Shown here: positions 36,300 to 48,391 of the stretch, in pieces
Layout of the letters: every line of letters starts with the position of its first letter
Numbering within the stretch: the stretch's first letter is position 1
Origin: Psammoneis japonica
Taxonomy: Eukaryota
Direction of reading: 5' to 3'
Length of the DNA: 64,000 bases
NCBI GenBank assembly: GCA_008632985.1
Contig: QPGO01000004.1
Location: forward strand, 806,001 to 870,000
Notes under the pieces: model-generated
Told to the model about the DNA's origin: nothing
The model's input: the letters and a program-made list of their open reading frames with translations, nothing else
Database searches by the model: none
Position numbers and translations under genes: made by a program

Positions 36300-39200
36300 C
36301 ATGGACCAAGTGGGTCAATGGCTGGTGCTTCATCATCACATGAGTTGCCCATGCCTTTGAAGCTTGTGATGAGAGCATCCCACAAAACTCCAGCAATGAT
36401 CTGTGCACAAACCACATGAGGGGCAGCACACAACAGGCCTTGGCATGGTCCAGCAGTCCAGCACAGCAGACGAATTGAGCCCCTGCAATCATTGTGGTCA
36501 AGCCAAATGTTGCGCTGTTGAGGCACACAGAGCTGTTGCTCTGGAGACCAAGTGACCAACCAAGAAGTTGTGAAGGGAAACGTGGAACTCCAGCTCCAAA
36601 AACTGCAAGGCAGATTCCCAAGGGGGCAGCCAGTGACTGCAGTTGGCAATGAAAAACATCAGGGAGATGCAAAGGAGTTTCTGGGTTGAGCTTCGATTGG
36701 TGAGGAGAAAAATGTGGTTGGCTGTTGGAAGCAGAGAAAATCTCAATTGGGAGCAAATTTTCTGAAGGATCTGGTGCTGCTGTCTCTGTCTGCTGGTGGT
36801 GTCAGCTGAAGCAAAGTTGCTGCATTGTCTTGAATCAAAATGTGTCAAAAAGCCAAATGGGGGGCAGATGCAGAGGCAAGCCTGTGCTCTTCAGCAGGAA
36901 AAAATGCACTGCTGCCTGCACACACACCTTGGAAGGAGGCATCAACCAGTCTTCCACACAGGTGCACTTGACCTGGGCAGAGTTCGGGTTGCACAGCAAA
37001 TGAGTCAATGGGCTCTGAGCTTGGCAAGTGGACTTTTCTTGTTTGACATGGTCAAGGGTGCCAACACTGCTCAGAAAGGTGGGAACACTGCAAATTGTTG
37101 ATTTGCAAACATTCAGCCTGTTGACGAGAGTTGTGTCAGACACTGTGAGAGCCACCTTGTGGGGATGGAGGTGACAGCAACCAATCCAATGAGTTTCTGC
37201 AGAACAATGAAAATGTGGCAGACTCCAAAGCCCCGTGTCCATCAAGTGCTGGTTGCTCCTGTCCCATCAGAGAGGCAGCACATGACAATTGGTTGACACC
37301 ATTTTTCCACCTGTTTGATTCAAGAAGGAGCAAACAGAGGCAAACTGCAAGGACTCACCATGGGGGCAAGGGGTGCTCACATCAGACAGAAAGCTGATGC
37401 CACAGTGCACTGCTGCAGCTGAGTCCATGCAATTGCAATGTGCACCACTGTGGCACATGGCCAAGCATGACACAGCAATGTTGAATTTGTGCCACTCCTT
37501 GTTCAACATCCAATGAATGAAAACCACCTCCACCAAGGGACTGAGGCCTGGACAAGACAAGGTCATGTTTGGCATGTCTGTTGCACCCATGCTTGGCAAA
37601 AATGACTCTCATGTTTGAATTCAATGGGGTTGCCGTGAAATGGGAGTTGGCCAAAACAAAAACAACTGCAGGCAATCAACATGCACAGCAGCAGTGCCAA
37701 GATTCTGCACAGTCCAAGGGACAGGGTCAGGATCAGAGAAAAAGGACTTTCCAATCACTCTTGGTTTTCAACACTTGGAGCTGCTTTTTCAATGTGCCAG
37801 TGAGAGGCATGTGGTGACCAAGAGTGTTGTGAGGTGTGCACACCAGCAGTTGGGCACTGTGCCAGGATGCAGAATGGTCTGCAGAGAAAATTTCAACATC
37901 CTGAACTGGGCACCATTGTGTGGGTGCAAACTCAGCTTGCTGCATTCAGAAAATTTCCATTCAATTGCATGGAAAGAGCACTTGGGCAACTCCAATTTGT
38001 GGCCACTCAAGAAGAGCAAATCACACGACCAGAGCTGGTCATCATGCTGTGGCCCAGGTGCCAACTCTTCAGCAGGAGGTTGAGGGGATGCTCAGAAGTC
38101 ATTCACTTGTTTGAATGTGTTGTCAACACACCCATGGGTGCAAATGTGAATTTGATGGAATCCATCAGCACACAAATCAAAGAAAGCACCTCATGCCTTG
38201 GAGTTGAAAATGTCAAAAAAGAGACTGTGCAAGTCACTCCAACAGAATGGAGAGTTTCTGGCACCCTGCCCCACACCACAAACTGGCAACTTAAAGCTGT
38301 GAGAGTGTGAGTCAGCAGACAAGCCCAGAAGGGTGAGCAACCAGTGCCAGGCCAGATGGACAGTGTCAATCACCACTGCCACTGTGCAGGGATCCATGCC
38401 AAGGCTTTCAAAAAGGGTGGCCGTTGGAGGAGCAGGCAGGTTGCATCCACAACAGGAGGCACAGTCATCATTGCTTGCAATCAATGCATTCCTGGAAGGG
38501 TGGGAGATTTCCAGCATTGAGACTTCCAAAAATGCAGGCATCTGGGCACAAAGGAGTGCCCGAGGAGTGCCATGCATGCCTGGATTGAAGAGATGCTGTT
38601 GCTCCACATGTTGAGCAAGGGCTCTCCACTTGACAGGGGCTGTCAACTGGAGGTTGGCCTCCAAGATGTGGTTGACATGTGATTGGTGTGTCTTGTTGTT
38701 CCCTGGCTCCTCAAAAATCATGACATTGACAAGTCATGCCACCTGTCACAGGAGCATCCCCACTTGAGAGCACAACTCTCAAGAGGTTCAACCAGACAGC
38801 CTGCAAGGTCTCTTGCACTTGGTCTCCTTGCCAACAGGGTGACCATGCTCATCCACAACCAAGGAATGGAGATGTTTTGAGTGCATCACTTTCCAGGGTG
38901 TCCCAAGTGTAGACAGGACACTCCAAGGAAGCAGAAGTTGGCTCAGGCCAAGGCTTGAATTTTCCACGGAGATCAGCAGTGGTGAGAAAGTTTGGTGCAG
39001 ACACAGGAGTGCTGCAACAGAGGTGCTGGACAAGCAATGCCATGGCTTCAGTGAGACTGAGGGTTTCACATTCACTGCCCAGTGTCAAATTGGCCATGAT
39101 TGTGTTGCCTCCTGCACAGCCCAGGTCAATCAACAGTGGAGGACAATTGGTTGGAAGGGTGCCATGTGCTTGGCCAAGGTGCCTCTGATTCCAGGCCTTC

Positions 39201-41290
39201 AATGAAGCTGCTGCATCTTCTGGAGCATCTGTTGCCACCCAATTGTCACAAGTCTCAGGATCTGCAGAGAGATCTTCTGGGACTTGAGTCTTGCTGACAT
39301 TGGACATTGGAGCCATCCTTGTCATCTGCAGAGGCATCAAGTTTTCAAAAAACATCTCTTTGGCACAGTGCAATCTTGGCCTGTTTGATGGAAGTGGGAA
39401 AGCCTTCCAAGTCTGATTCTGCAATCCATGCATCTCCTTCTTGTTCATGGTGGCTCAGGCTCTCATGAGCTGCTTCTTGTTTGCACTCAGCTTGGGCTTT
39501 GCAGAGGACATTCTGACATTGTTCCTTTTGAGTTGAGAGCAGAAGAAAGGAGTCATTGGCTTGTGCCACTCCCTTGGGGCAGACTCAACAAAGTTGACCC
39601 TGTTCTTGAACATGAGAGAAAAGAAGGTGAGACAATGTAAAAACTCCTGTCCATCAAAAGGTCCAAGACCACTCAGGTCATGGTGCTGTTGGCAATGTTT
39701 TGCAAAGCAGAAGTGCAAAACTGGGTCATGTCACAGTCCAATTGTTCAGATGACAGAGGGTCTGGTTCATCACCTGACACACAGAAGAAGAACAGTGCCA
39801 TGTGCCAACACATTTTGACTCTCCAGCACACAGGACCCGTGGTCTTTAAATGCACAGCAATGTGCTTTGGAGATTTTGCTTGAAGAGACCTGTGTGCTGA
39901 TCAAGAAATGTTCACCACAAGATTGCCAAAAAGCAATTCAGTGTCAACGTCAACAAAGCAAGCTCAACAATCCAAAGCCAGCAAGACACCCCTCACAACC
40001 ACTGCACAGTTCACCACAGCATTGTTTCACTGAATCCAAAGCTCCTGGAGCAGCTGAGATGCAATTGAGATGTTGAGATCTGCACAAATGGGTGGGGAAG
40101 TCCACATCCTGCATTTTGCTGAACATGATGCTGGACAAATCAAACCAGGTTGCCACTCATGTGATTGGGTCTGTGCCTGGTGTCATGGTGGAAGTTGGCA
40201 TCAGAATTTTCTCATGGAGCATCACCTCATGATTTGGCTCTTATCTAGAATTGATTAAAGGACATGAGCAAGATGGGCACAAAAGAACAACCAAGGTTCT
40301 GGTGTGTGCCTGACAACAAGACACAAATGTCACTTGTCTCAGTCATTTGCCATTGGACATTTGAGTCAACCAGCACCCAAGAGGAGGGTCAGTCTTCTTG
40401 GAGTGGCTGGTGCTGCAAAGCCATTGAGTTGCAAGAAACAACAGTTGTGCTGCCAGGCTTGCAAGGCATGGCAAATGTCACTGAGAATGCCAACAGGGCC
40501 GCATGGAGGAAAACACAAATCACCCTGCAGGGTTGGGCTGTCTGCAGTTGCATTGTGTCCAAGCAGGTTTGGGAAATGCCAACAAGGTCAGCCTGAACCT
40601 CATTTGTGACTTAAAGAGCATGTGTTGAAGTCACCGCCAAGGGAAGGTCAAAGCAGTCAATCATTTGGGAAGGCAGAGAGCAATGATGTCATCCATCCAG
40701 GATGTGGCTCCATTGCTGAACCATGTTTTTGCAATGAATTTGAGGACTGCTCATGTGCATGGTTGGGCCATGCTCCCTCAAAGGGAGACTGAATGTCAGA
40801 CACAACATCTGAGTCATTTGGTGCAGGGAAGGGAAATGACTTGTCATGCCCAACTTAAAATCTGACTCATTTCATGTGATGTCCAGCATGGAGGCATCAT
40901 CAGGGGGGTCAGAGGAGGAGCTGGTGGGGGTGGAAATGGACTGCTTCTTCTGTTGGGGAGAAGTGCAAGATTCAAGGTCAGGCTGGGGAAGATGCTCTTG
41001 AAAAATTGAGATCTAAAGCTGCTGCACCAGGTGATTCATTTGACTGTGATGGTCTTTTTGAAGTTGTTCCACAAATTGCTGATGTTGTTCCTCAAGTTCA
41101 TCTGTCCGACTCCTCTCTTGGTTTTGTTTCACATGAAGAATTTCTTGCTTCAACTCCTCTGCTTCAGATGAATTGGGGGCAATGTCCGAGGTTGCAGCAG
41201 TGGGAGGGACTGATCCAGGAGACAACTTCAATGCTTGGGCAAAGCTAGAAAACTGGTTAACACCGACATTGGTGGTGGGGACTCTGGAGG
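36300..41290 (-). mobile_element. Second, heavily decayed and truncated Ambal-like LINE (different subfamily)
   Basis: Peptide fragments colinear with copy 1: FAQAL..ELKQ, PETCDNWVATDAPED..NQRHLGQAHGT, MIFEEPGNNK, GVGQGARNSP, GHKLELPKCSFHAIEW, GGGGFHSLDVEQG, ATFG; ends within RNase H. Confidence 0.88.
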
Positions 41291-42027
41291 CACCGGACTC
41301 GGATCTGATGTGGGCGGCGGAAAGGCATTGGTCGCTTGAGAAATTTCTGATGTGCACGTTTTCGCTTGGATCAGATGATTGGGCCACGATGGCGCTCATT
41401 TCTCTCGCCCTCCACAATGTGCCACGCCCACAGAACACCTGGAACAGCCGATGGGTTGGTCCCACTAGAGATTGGGCTTCCTATGATGTTTCTCGGTAAC
41501 AACGCCATTGCACATTTTCTCCATGCGGCACGCACCTTGGCTCGGCTGCGCTGCACCGCTGTGTTGAAGTCAAAGGCGCCTCGGTGCTTTATGGTGTTGT
41601 CGAGGGCAGCATCTAAGGATGACCGTCTCATGCAAAAAGTCGCAGCATCAATCTTACCTCGTAAAAACTGATGAAGACGAGCCGGTGCTGACGATCTTAG
41701 CTGTGATTCGGATGGTGTGCTACTCTGTGCCACTAAAGTAAAGTAGCAAATCTCGGAGCGCTTTGCTGCCCCCGGGTATTCGGAGCCCTATATGAGGTAC
41801 CCACTCTTTACCCATACACGCTGTTTCTAGCTTAACGATTAGTAGTTTTGGAACATGCAATGCAGTTTCCTTCCTGTTCCAGTTGCAACAATCATCAGCC
41901 ATACATAAAGACAATACATGCATACCAGAAAATCGATGAAAAACGAAGTCTAGTAATGCAACAAGCAATGAAAAGTGCGAACGGCAGCTACGAATGAACA
42001 GCGGTGCATTGGTCCAGTAGTCTACCA

Positions 42028-43632
42028 TCATGCTTGAAATTCCGATCCAAAACCCATAGATAGCGTGGACCCAAAGGCATAGCTCACTTTGTTCTGGAAG
42101 GGAGCGCACTTGCGAGCGACACGAGATGAGACGGAAGCAGGGTTGGTTTTTTTCATCAAAACATTTTCCAATGCAACTGCAACGGCAGCCATGTCAGCCT
42201 CCTTGAAGCCTCGGCGTGTCAGAACCTGAGTTCCTAGACGCAGACCAGTCGCCTCCACTGTGTCATGAGGTAGCTCTTGAGGATTCACCGAGACTCCGGC
42301 GGCATCAAGTAGTTTCGTAGCCTGAGCGCCCGACGGACCCACCATAACATTTTCAAGATCCAAGATGAGCTCGTGGCTGTTGGAATAGCCCAGATCTGAA
42401 CACAGGAGCTTGAACTTGCGCGAGATCAGTTCCTTTGCGAGAGCCTTCGTATTGGACACGACCTGTCTGGCGTAGTCTTCGCCGAATGCCTTCATCTCAA
42501 TCATGGTCATGGCGAGGGCGGCTGTCTCATGGAAGTGGGTGTTGGACGTGAGAAGAGGCATGACAGCTTCCCGGATCTTGGGAGTCAAGGAAGGATCGTT
42601 GTAGAGGATGAGGCCGTGGTCCGACGAATGAAGTGACTTGCCCGTGGACGACGTGACAATGTCGGCGTACTGCATCATATCGCACTGGAAAGCTCCTCTA
42701 GCAATGAGGCCTGCAACATGAGACATATCGTAAAGGATCTTGCATCCATAATCGTCACAAATCTTACGAATTGCCGGAAGGTCATGCTCAAAAAGCATCT
42801 CACTCCAGCCGAGAATGAGGAGGGTGGGCTCGTGGGTTTCCATCGCCAGAGGAAGGGCCTCGATGTCAACGTTGTAACCGTCTGTTATCCACGGAGTCTG
42901 GACAACGGTTGCACCAAACAAATGAGTGAGAGGCCCACCAATGTTATGCGAGTAGTGGCCACCGTGCTTGCTAGGCCAATATCACGGCAAGAGTTGAACC
43001 TCGCAATACTTGGCGCCATATACTTCACACACCAACTCTCGTGTCTTGATCTCGATCTCGTCAATCTCCTTGCAACCACCGTAGAAGCGCGAGCCCGGGA
43101 GACCGATGCAATAACTGTTCATAAGCGAACTGCCCATGATTTTGCGAACTTCCTCCGAGCAAAAGGAGTTGCTTGCCACGAGGTCAAACTTGTTCATGTT
43201 GGTTTTTTCGTGATGGGCAGCAATTGCTTCATGAAGGGACTCGACTTCCAACTCATGCTGAGAGAAGAGGCAGTCCTCAATGGTGATGGAAGAGTCCGAG
43301 TGAGATGATACCGTCGTTGCGCTGGTCACTAAATCAGAGCGAAGCTTGATCGAACTTTCGCAAGGATGACGACGAGGAGGGGAGAGTTTGCTTTCGGAAA
43401 TGCCCATGTTGAAGGAATATACGGCTGCTGAGAAACAGTCTTCAAAGGCGTCCTTGATGATGGTTTTTGATTTTGTGAGGGCAACCTTCGATGGGCGCGA
43501 CGAGAAGCGAGAAGGTCGCGTTGTGTATTTTTCACGTGTTCCACTCAAAACTGCGACCTTCATTCCACTTTCAGTTCGTGACCGACTGCGACTCGGGACA
43601 AAAGACAAAAACAGAGGGAGGGGCCATACCAT
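42028..43632 (-). pseudogene. Atypical SHMT/threonine transaldolase-like PLP enzyme with an in-frame stop and apparent deletion
   Basis: LVASN, NSYCIGLPGSRFYGGC, HGGHYSH, YDMSHVAGLI, ADIVTSSTGKS, GLRLGTQVLTRRG; TGA at 42984-42982 separates two same-frame ORFs. Confidence 0.75.
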
Positions 43633-44004
43633 CTGGACACTCTAGCTAGAGAGGGCCCTACTGCACGGTACAGTATGACATGTACGTAGACTACATGATG
43701 TACTTCTTCCCAATACAGTATGTCCTCAGTCCCGATCGCTGAGTCCCGAGTGTCCGGATCATGTGTTCGTGACTCGAAATAAGAGGGAATACACGAGAAT
43801 CATCATTGCATTTCAGTAACCTTGTGCGGTGATGCTTGTTTTTGTATCACATCTGGATCACTGGTATACTGGTATATTGTAATTGAGCCTTCGCAATATC
43901 ATTTTTGTGAGTGACGCTACTCTCTAGCCTTGTCATGCAGTAGCTGACTCAGTGAAGCAGCAAAGGCCACGACAGTTCAAACCGTTTTCTGTCTCCAGCT
44001 TGGA

Positions 44005-45999
44005 TCAATCCAAATCCAGTTCTACATGGGCAACTAGTCCGCTGCCTTCCGGGGGATGGTATGCATCTCGAACATCAAAGCAGTGTTCCAGCGCTTCATC
44101 ACAGTCCTCATTTTCCGGTAGCACGCCTGTAGCCACATCTCTACTTCGATAGCCACTATATTTGTGTGAAAGCGAGTCCTTCATTTTTGTTGCCACTGAA
44201 TCCAAATGGCCGTAAACCCTTGTTGTGTTGCCAATAACTGATATGACAGGAAGCTCGTCTCTTCCAAGTAGAGTTTTCCAATACGACCCAGCGCCGTAAC
44301 CCCCCTCAGTGAGAGAATGTATGCTTTGCCCCACAACAGTCCCCATAGAGGCCTCTGGTCGGTAACGAATCCCCATGCTTTCCATGAAAGAGGTAAGGTG
44401 GGTAGATATTGTCGTCTTGTTTTCTTGTGGTCGGAACGATGATGACAAGGCAAAATGTCTGTGCAGCTCTCGATCTGTCGACATCTTAGACCCAGGAGAA
44501 AGGGACCTCAAGATTCCACCCGTATGGCCAAAATGCTGCATCCATTTACCGGGAGGGACGTCTCTTGGGCGCCTTGATGAAGCGTCTCTTCCACCCGAGC
44601 GCATGAGCCGTTCTCTTTCAATAGAGGTACCCCGTTGTAGCGACTGCAGTAGCACATGTGGCTCTGACTTTGCTTGATATGTATCCATTTCCAAGATGTT
44701 GTGTTGAGCGGAAGGTCGCAAATATGCCAAGAATTCTCCAAACGACAAACGGCCGGCGGTACCGTAAGGATCGCTCCACGACCGCCCTGAACCGTCGTAA
44801 TATCCATTCAGACCAATGCTCGATGATGAGCTTGAAGAGCCAGTGAGTCGATAAGAAACAGTTGCTGTTTCAAGCGCCATGGCTACAATAGCACTCTTGG
44901 CAAACAAGGTAGCATGTGACGACAGTGAATCTAGTGACAAAGGAAGTACGACGTGGGCATTTGTGGTCAAGCCTTGGAAAGCTAATCCAGTCTGAAGGTT
45001 TCTCCGAACGCGCTGGACATGAGCAGGCTGCCAGGCTGACTCTTTCGCTTGCTCCTTTTCGTCTTGTTTTGTAATTGTTTCATACGGCTCTGTCATGTGG
45101 ACTACAAAGCGTCCCGCTGAACGCACTTCTTCCTGCATTTCCTGCAACATTGCTGTGGCTAATCCAGCGTGAATGCCCCAACCCTCTGTCACGACGGCGA
45201 CTCCCTGGACTCCATCACACACCTCCAGTATTCGACGAAACCGATCAAAGAGAGCATCTTCACGCCATGCTGTCATGTTATTCCCGCCATTTGATATTCC
45301 ATTGGTAAATGAGTCCCATGTATCAACGACTCCACCGGATGGTTGAGTAAAGGGTAAGGGTGCTGCATACGAATGAGTCGAGGGCAGCGGCGGCATCCAA
45401 TAGTCCATCCATGATAGTTCAACATGCTGTTGCTGCCTTGACCACGAGTCTTCCATTTCCTGCTGCAATGGGCCTGCTGTTTCATTGAACCATCGTCTTC
45501 GCTCCCGGTTCTGTCGATCGAGTTTTTCTTGCTCGTCTTCCTCCTCCTCCTCTTCTTCCTCATCATCCCAAACCATGTGTCTCCCATTACTGGTCGAGTT
45601 GACAGCAATTGATGACTGTTCCATAGAGGACGGTGCGCGATACCTAGAATAAGTAGAATAAGCCAGTCTGGATGCAGCATCGTGAACAAATGATGCCACT
45701 CCAGGTTCTTGTGTCGGAGTTTCTTGCGGTTGCTGCACCTCAACAGTCCCGTCCCATGTAGAAACATTGCTTTCTGCCGGCAGCGATACTCGAGACGTCG
45801 ATTGATATTTAAACCGGTGTGGTTCGTCCACAATTAGCACGCGAGGCACATAGCACTGATTGGAAACACCGTGGGTGACATTGGCATCGCACAAGTCGTT
45901 GTCTGCCGTAGCCGCAAGCCCTTGCAAATTGAGCAAGTGAGCCGTCACGGCATTTGACGTGGATCCCAACGAAACATGAACAGTCTCTTTCTTGAACAT
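44005..45999 (-). CDS. Misato/DML1 tubulin-like protein
   Basis: KETVHVSLGSTSNAVTAHLLNLQ, YVPRVLIVD, WMDY, FRRILEVCDGVQG. Confidence 0.85.
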   Translation of the reverse strand: MFKKETVHVSLGSTSNAVTAHLLNLQGLAATADNDLCDANVTHGVSNQCYVPRVLIVDEPHRFKYQSTSRVSLPAESNVSTWDGTVEVQQPQETPTQEPGVASFVHDAASRLAYSTYSRYRAPSSMEQSSIAVNSTSNGRHMVWDDEEEEEEEEDEQEKLDRQNRERRRWFNETAGPLQQEMEDSWSRQQQHVELSWMDYWMPPLPSTHSYAAPLPFTQPSGGVVDTWDSFTNGISNGGNNMTAWREDALFDRFRRILEVCDGVQGVAVVTEGWGIHAGLATAMLQEMQEEVRSAGRFVVHMTEPYETITKQDEKEQAKESAWQPAHVQRVRRNLQTGLAFQGLTTNAHVVLPLSLDSLSSHATLFAKSAIVAMALETATVSYRLTGSSSSSSSIGLNGYYDGSGRSWSDPYGTAGRLSFGEFLAYLRPSAQHNILEMDTYQAKSEPHVLLQSLQRGTSIERERLMRSGGRDASSRRPRDVPPGKWMQHFGHTGGILRSLSPGSKMSTDRELHRHFALSSSFRPQENKTTISTHLTSFMESMGIRYRPEASMGTVVGQSIHSLTEGGYGAGSYWKTLLGRDELPVISVIGNTTRVYGHLDSVATKMKDSLSHKYSGYRSRDVATGVLPENEDCDEALEHCFDVRDAYHPPEGSGLVAHVELDLD

Positions 46000-47268
46000 T
46001 CTCTCCAACACTAATCAACACAAGGAAGAAACAAGTAACTGCTTGCTACTTGTCTCAGTTTCTTGTCGCTGTATGTAGCTAACGAACAGCCCAGCAGTCT
46101 GTCAACAGGCAGCAGTTTTTTTTTTGCCTCTTATTGTCGGATGGAAGTTTGAAGCGCTGCGCGCGCAAGCTGTGCGTAAGTCGGACGATGGACTGACTGC
46201 AAGAGAGGCATTTTCATACATTCACCGTCGGTCGCGTCGACCGTCAAAATGGCGACGGCGTCGCGAATAACGTTGCTGTTGATGAGCGCGAGGATGGTGA
46301 TTGTAATCGCTATTCTCCAGTTTGCATGCAGCTCACGTTGCTTGCCATAGAAGAATCAAACGTTTTCCGCAGCACTAAGGTTTCCGCAATATGACACCTG
46401 TACGGTATGATACAGTAGTTGCGACTGCCTAGACTAGACAAAAACGGGGAGTAGACGAGCGCTGTGGCTACAAATACTGTAGATTGAACGCGTATTCATA
46501 GCCGACTTTTCATCAGTCTTATGAATGTCAATTGGAGTCCTTAAATCAAAGGTAAGAAGATCCTCAGAAGCCTCCTGCAACAAATGGGCGTACTGGAAAT
46601 CCCATGAACCATGAATTTGTACTGAAGGGTTGTGCACACAATGGCAAGAAATGGTACCCCAATGAAGATAGCATCGTCGGGCGGACAGAACGATTCTTGT
46701 TGATTCGACGTTAAGTGTACAATAAATAAATATGTCAGAGGGATGTAGCCAACCATGCCATGTGCAGTGCCAATCGTTTTGTCCATGCTCCAAATCCAAA
46801 TGACGAGAGTTGAATTATCTACATTCTCTGACTTGTTTACTCACTGAGGAAAGCAAATCGAAAAATGATGGATGGAAGGAGCAAACTTTTGTTACTTGGT
46901 ATTTCTGAAGCGATCATGAATCCATGTCTCATCCAATCTGCGCCTTCGTTTCCTCGCCGCACAGGAAACGTAAACAACAGGGTACGTGCAGTTCAAACAA
47001 ATGAGTATGGCTCTCGCACGACGCTAAATGAATCGATAAACCAAATGAGGAATCTTTATTCACCTTATCTACCCCGAGATGCTTTTGTCTCTGAAGAAAC
47101 ATTTTATTCTTCGACAAACTACTGATGGACGAGACCCAAGTTTATCATTATCCGCTAAAAGTGCAAATCTGACGCTCTTGTTCTTTTGTCGCAATGCTTC
47201 TTCTGCTCTCGCAGCATTGTACTCTTACATAATGGCTGGCGTAAGTGACGTATTGAAAACCATCTAAT

Positions 47269-48391
47269 CTACTGGATATCCAGCAGCCCGTCGTTTTCCA
47301 TTTGCTTCAGTACCCGGACAACACCATCCTGGCGTAGCAGAGTCAAATTTAATAAAGGTCAGTGAAACCGTATCGTCTTCTTTTGAATACGGTTGATGTC
47401 CACATCGATTCAAGAGCGTTTAACTCACCTCGTTGTTGGTGTACTCGGCGACATGATCGGCAGCTTGTTTGACGCATTTGCGTGCGTTCTTCATAGCAAC
47501 ACCATATCCCGCCATTTTCAAAAACTCCAAATCATTGTCGCCATCTCCAAAGGCAACGCACTGTTCAATGGGAATCTGGAGTTTTTCGCAAATGCGTTCA
47601 AGCCCATGGCCTTTGCAAACGTTCTTGTGCAAAATCTCTAGAAACCACCCGTAGCTGCCCCTTACAACAGTCGCTTCCTCGCCCAATTCTTTCTGAAAGG
47701 CAACCATTGCATCATCTTGTTCATTCCTTTCAAAGAGTACCAACATCTTGGATGGCAGCGCGTTTGCGTGTGACATGATGGAGTGGAAATTGTCATTGAC
47801 AACCTTGGTGTTTGCGCCAGTCAGTTCCCGATAGGACTGAACGCATTCGAAATGATGCTTTTGTGAAGGGTTGGCGTATACGTCTTCATTCCAATAGAAT
47901 TGACAACAATGGCCAAGCTTTTTTGATAGTTCCACAACGCGAGTCGTAATGTGCAAGGGCACAGGTTCGTAAAAGAGCTCTTCCAATTCTAACTGTTTGC
48001 CGGGCGACTTGTCGTTTTCGATGCTATTCTTGTCCGCTGCACGCCGACAAATCAACCCCTTTGCACCATTACTGCAAACAATCGGCATTCCTCCACCATA
48101 TTGAGGATAGGACAGTGGTCCGAGTTTCATTACATGCTCGTACATTGTTTGTTGGGCGCGGCCAGAAGCCAGAATCACAATCATTCCTTTTTCTTTCAAC
48201 TGACGCAGATAATCCGCTGACGAATCCGACATTTGGTGGTTCCACTGTAACAAAGTTCCATCCAAGTCCAATGCTATCATAGAATACTTGACTGAATCTA
48301 CAGATGTGATCGAATTCCCCGCGTTCTTGTCACTTGGTGCTGTGCCTGCCCTTGGCGAAGGTGTGACGGCCGAACTCAGCGACGTGTCCAT
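47269..48391 (-). CDS. Cof-type HAD-IIB hydrolase (2 exons)
   Basis: ALDLDGTLL, ASGR, SNGA, KGHGL, AFGDGDNDLEFL, NNE|DGV across the intron. Confidence 0.93.

Noticed and set aside
23344..41248. Dozens of overlapping Cys/His/Gln-rich ORFs in all six frames
   Set aside because: Artefact of TA depletion removing TAA/TAG stops and creating TGY/CAN codons; not real metal-binding proteins.
42971..42985. 15-nt GT..AG segment that would remove the SHMT-like stop in frame
   Set aside because: Far shorter than any intron here and would not restore the missing conserved helix.
46050..47260. Short ORFs between Misato and the HAD gene
   Set aside because: No recognisable domain or consistent exon structure.
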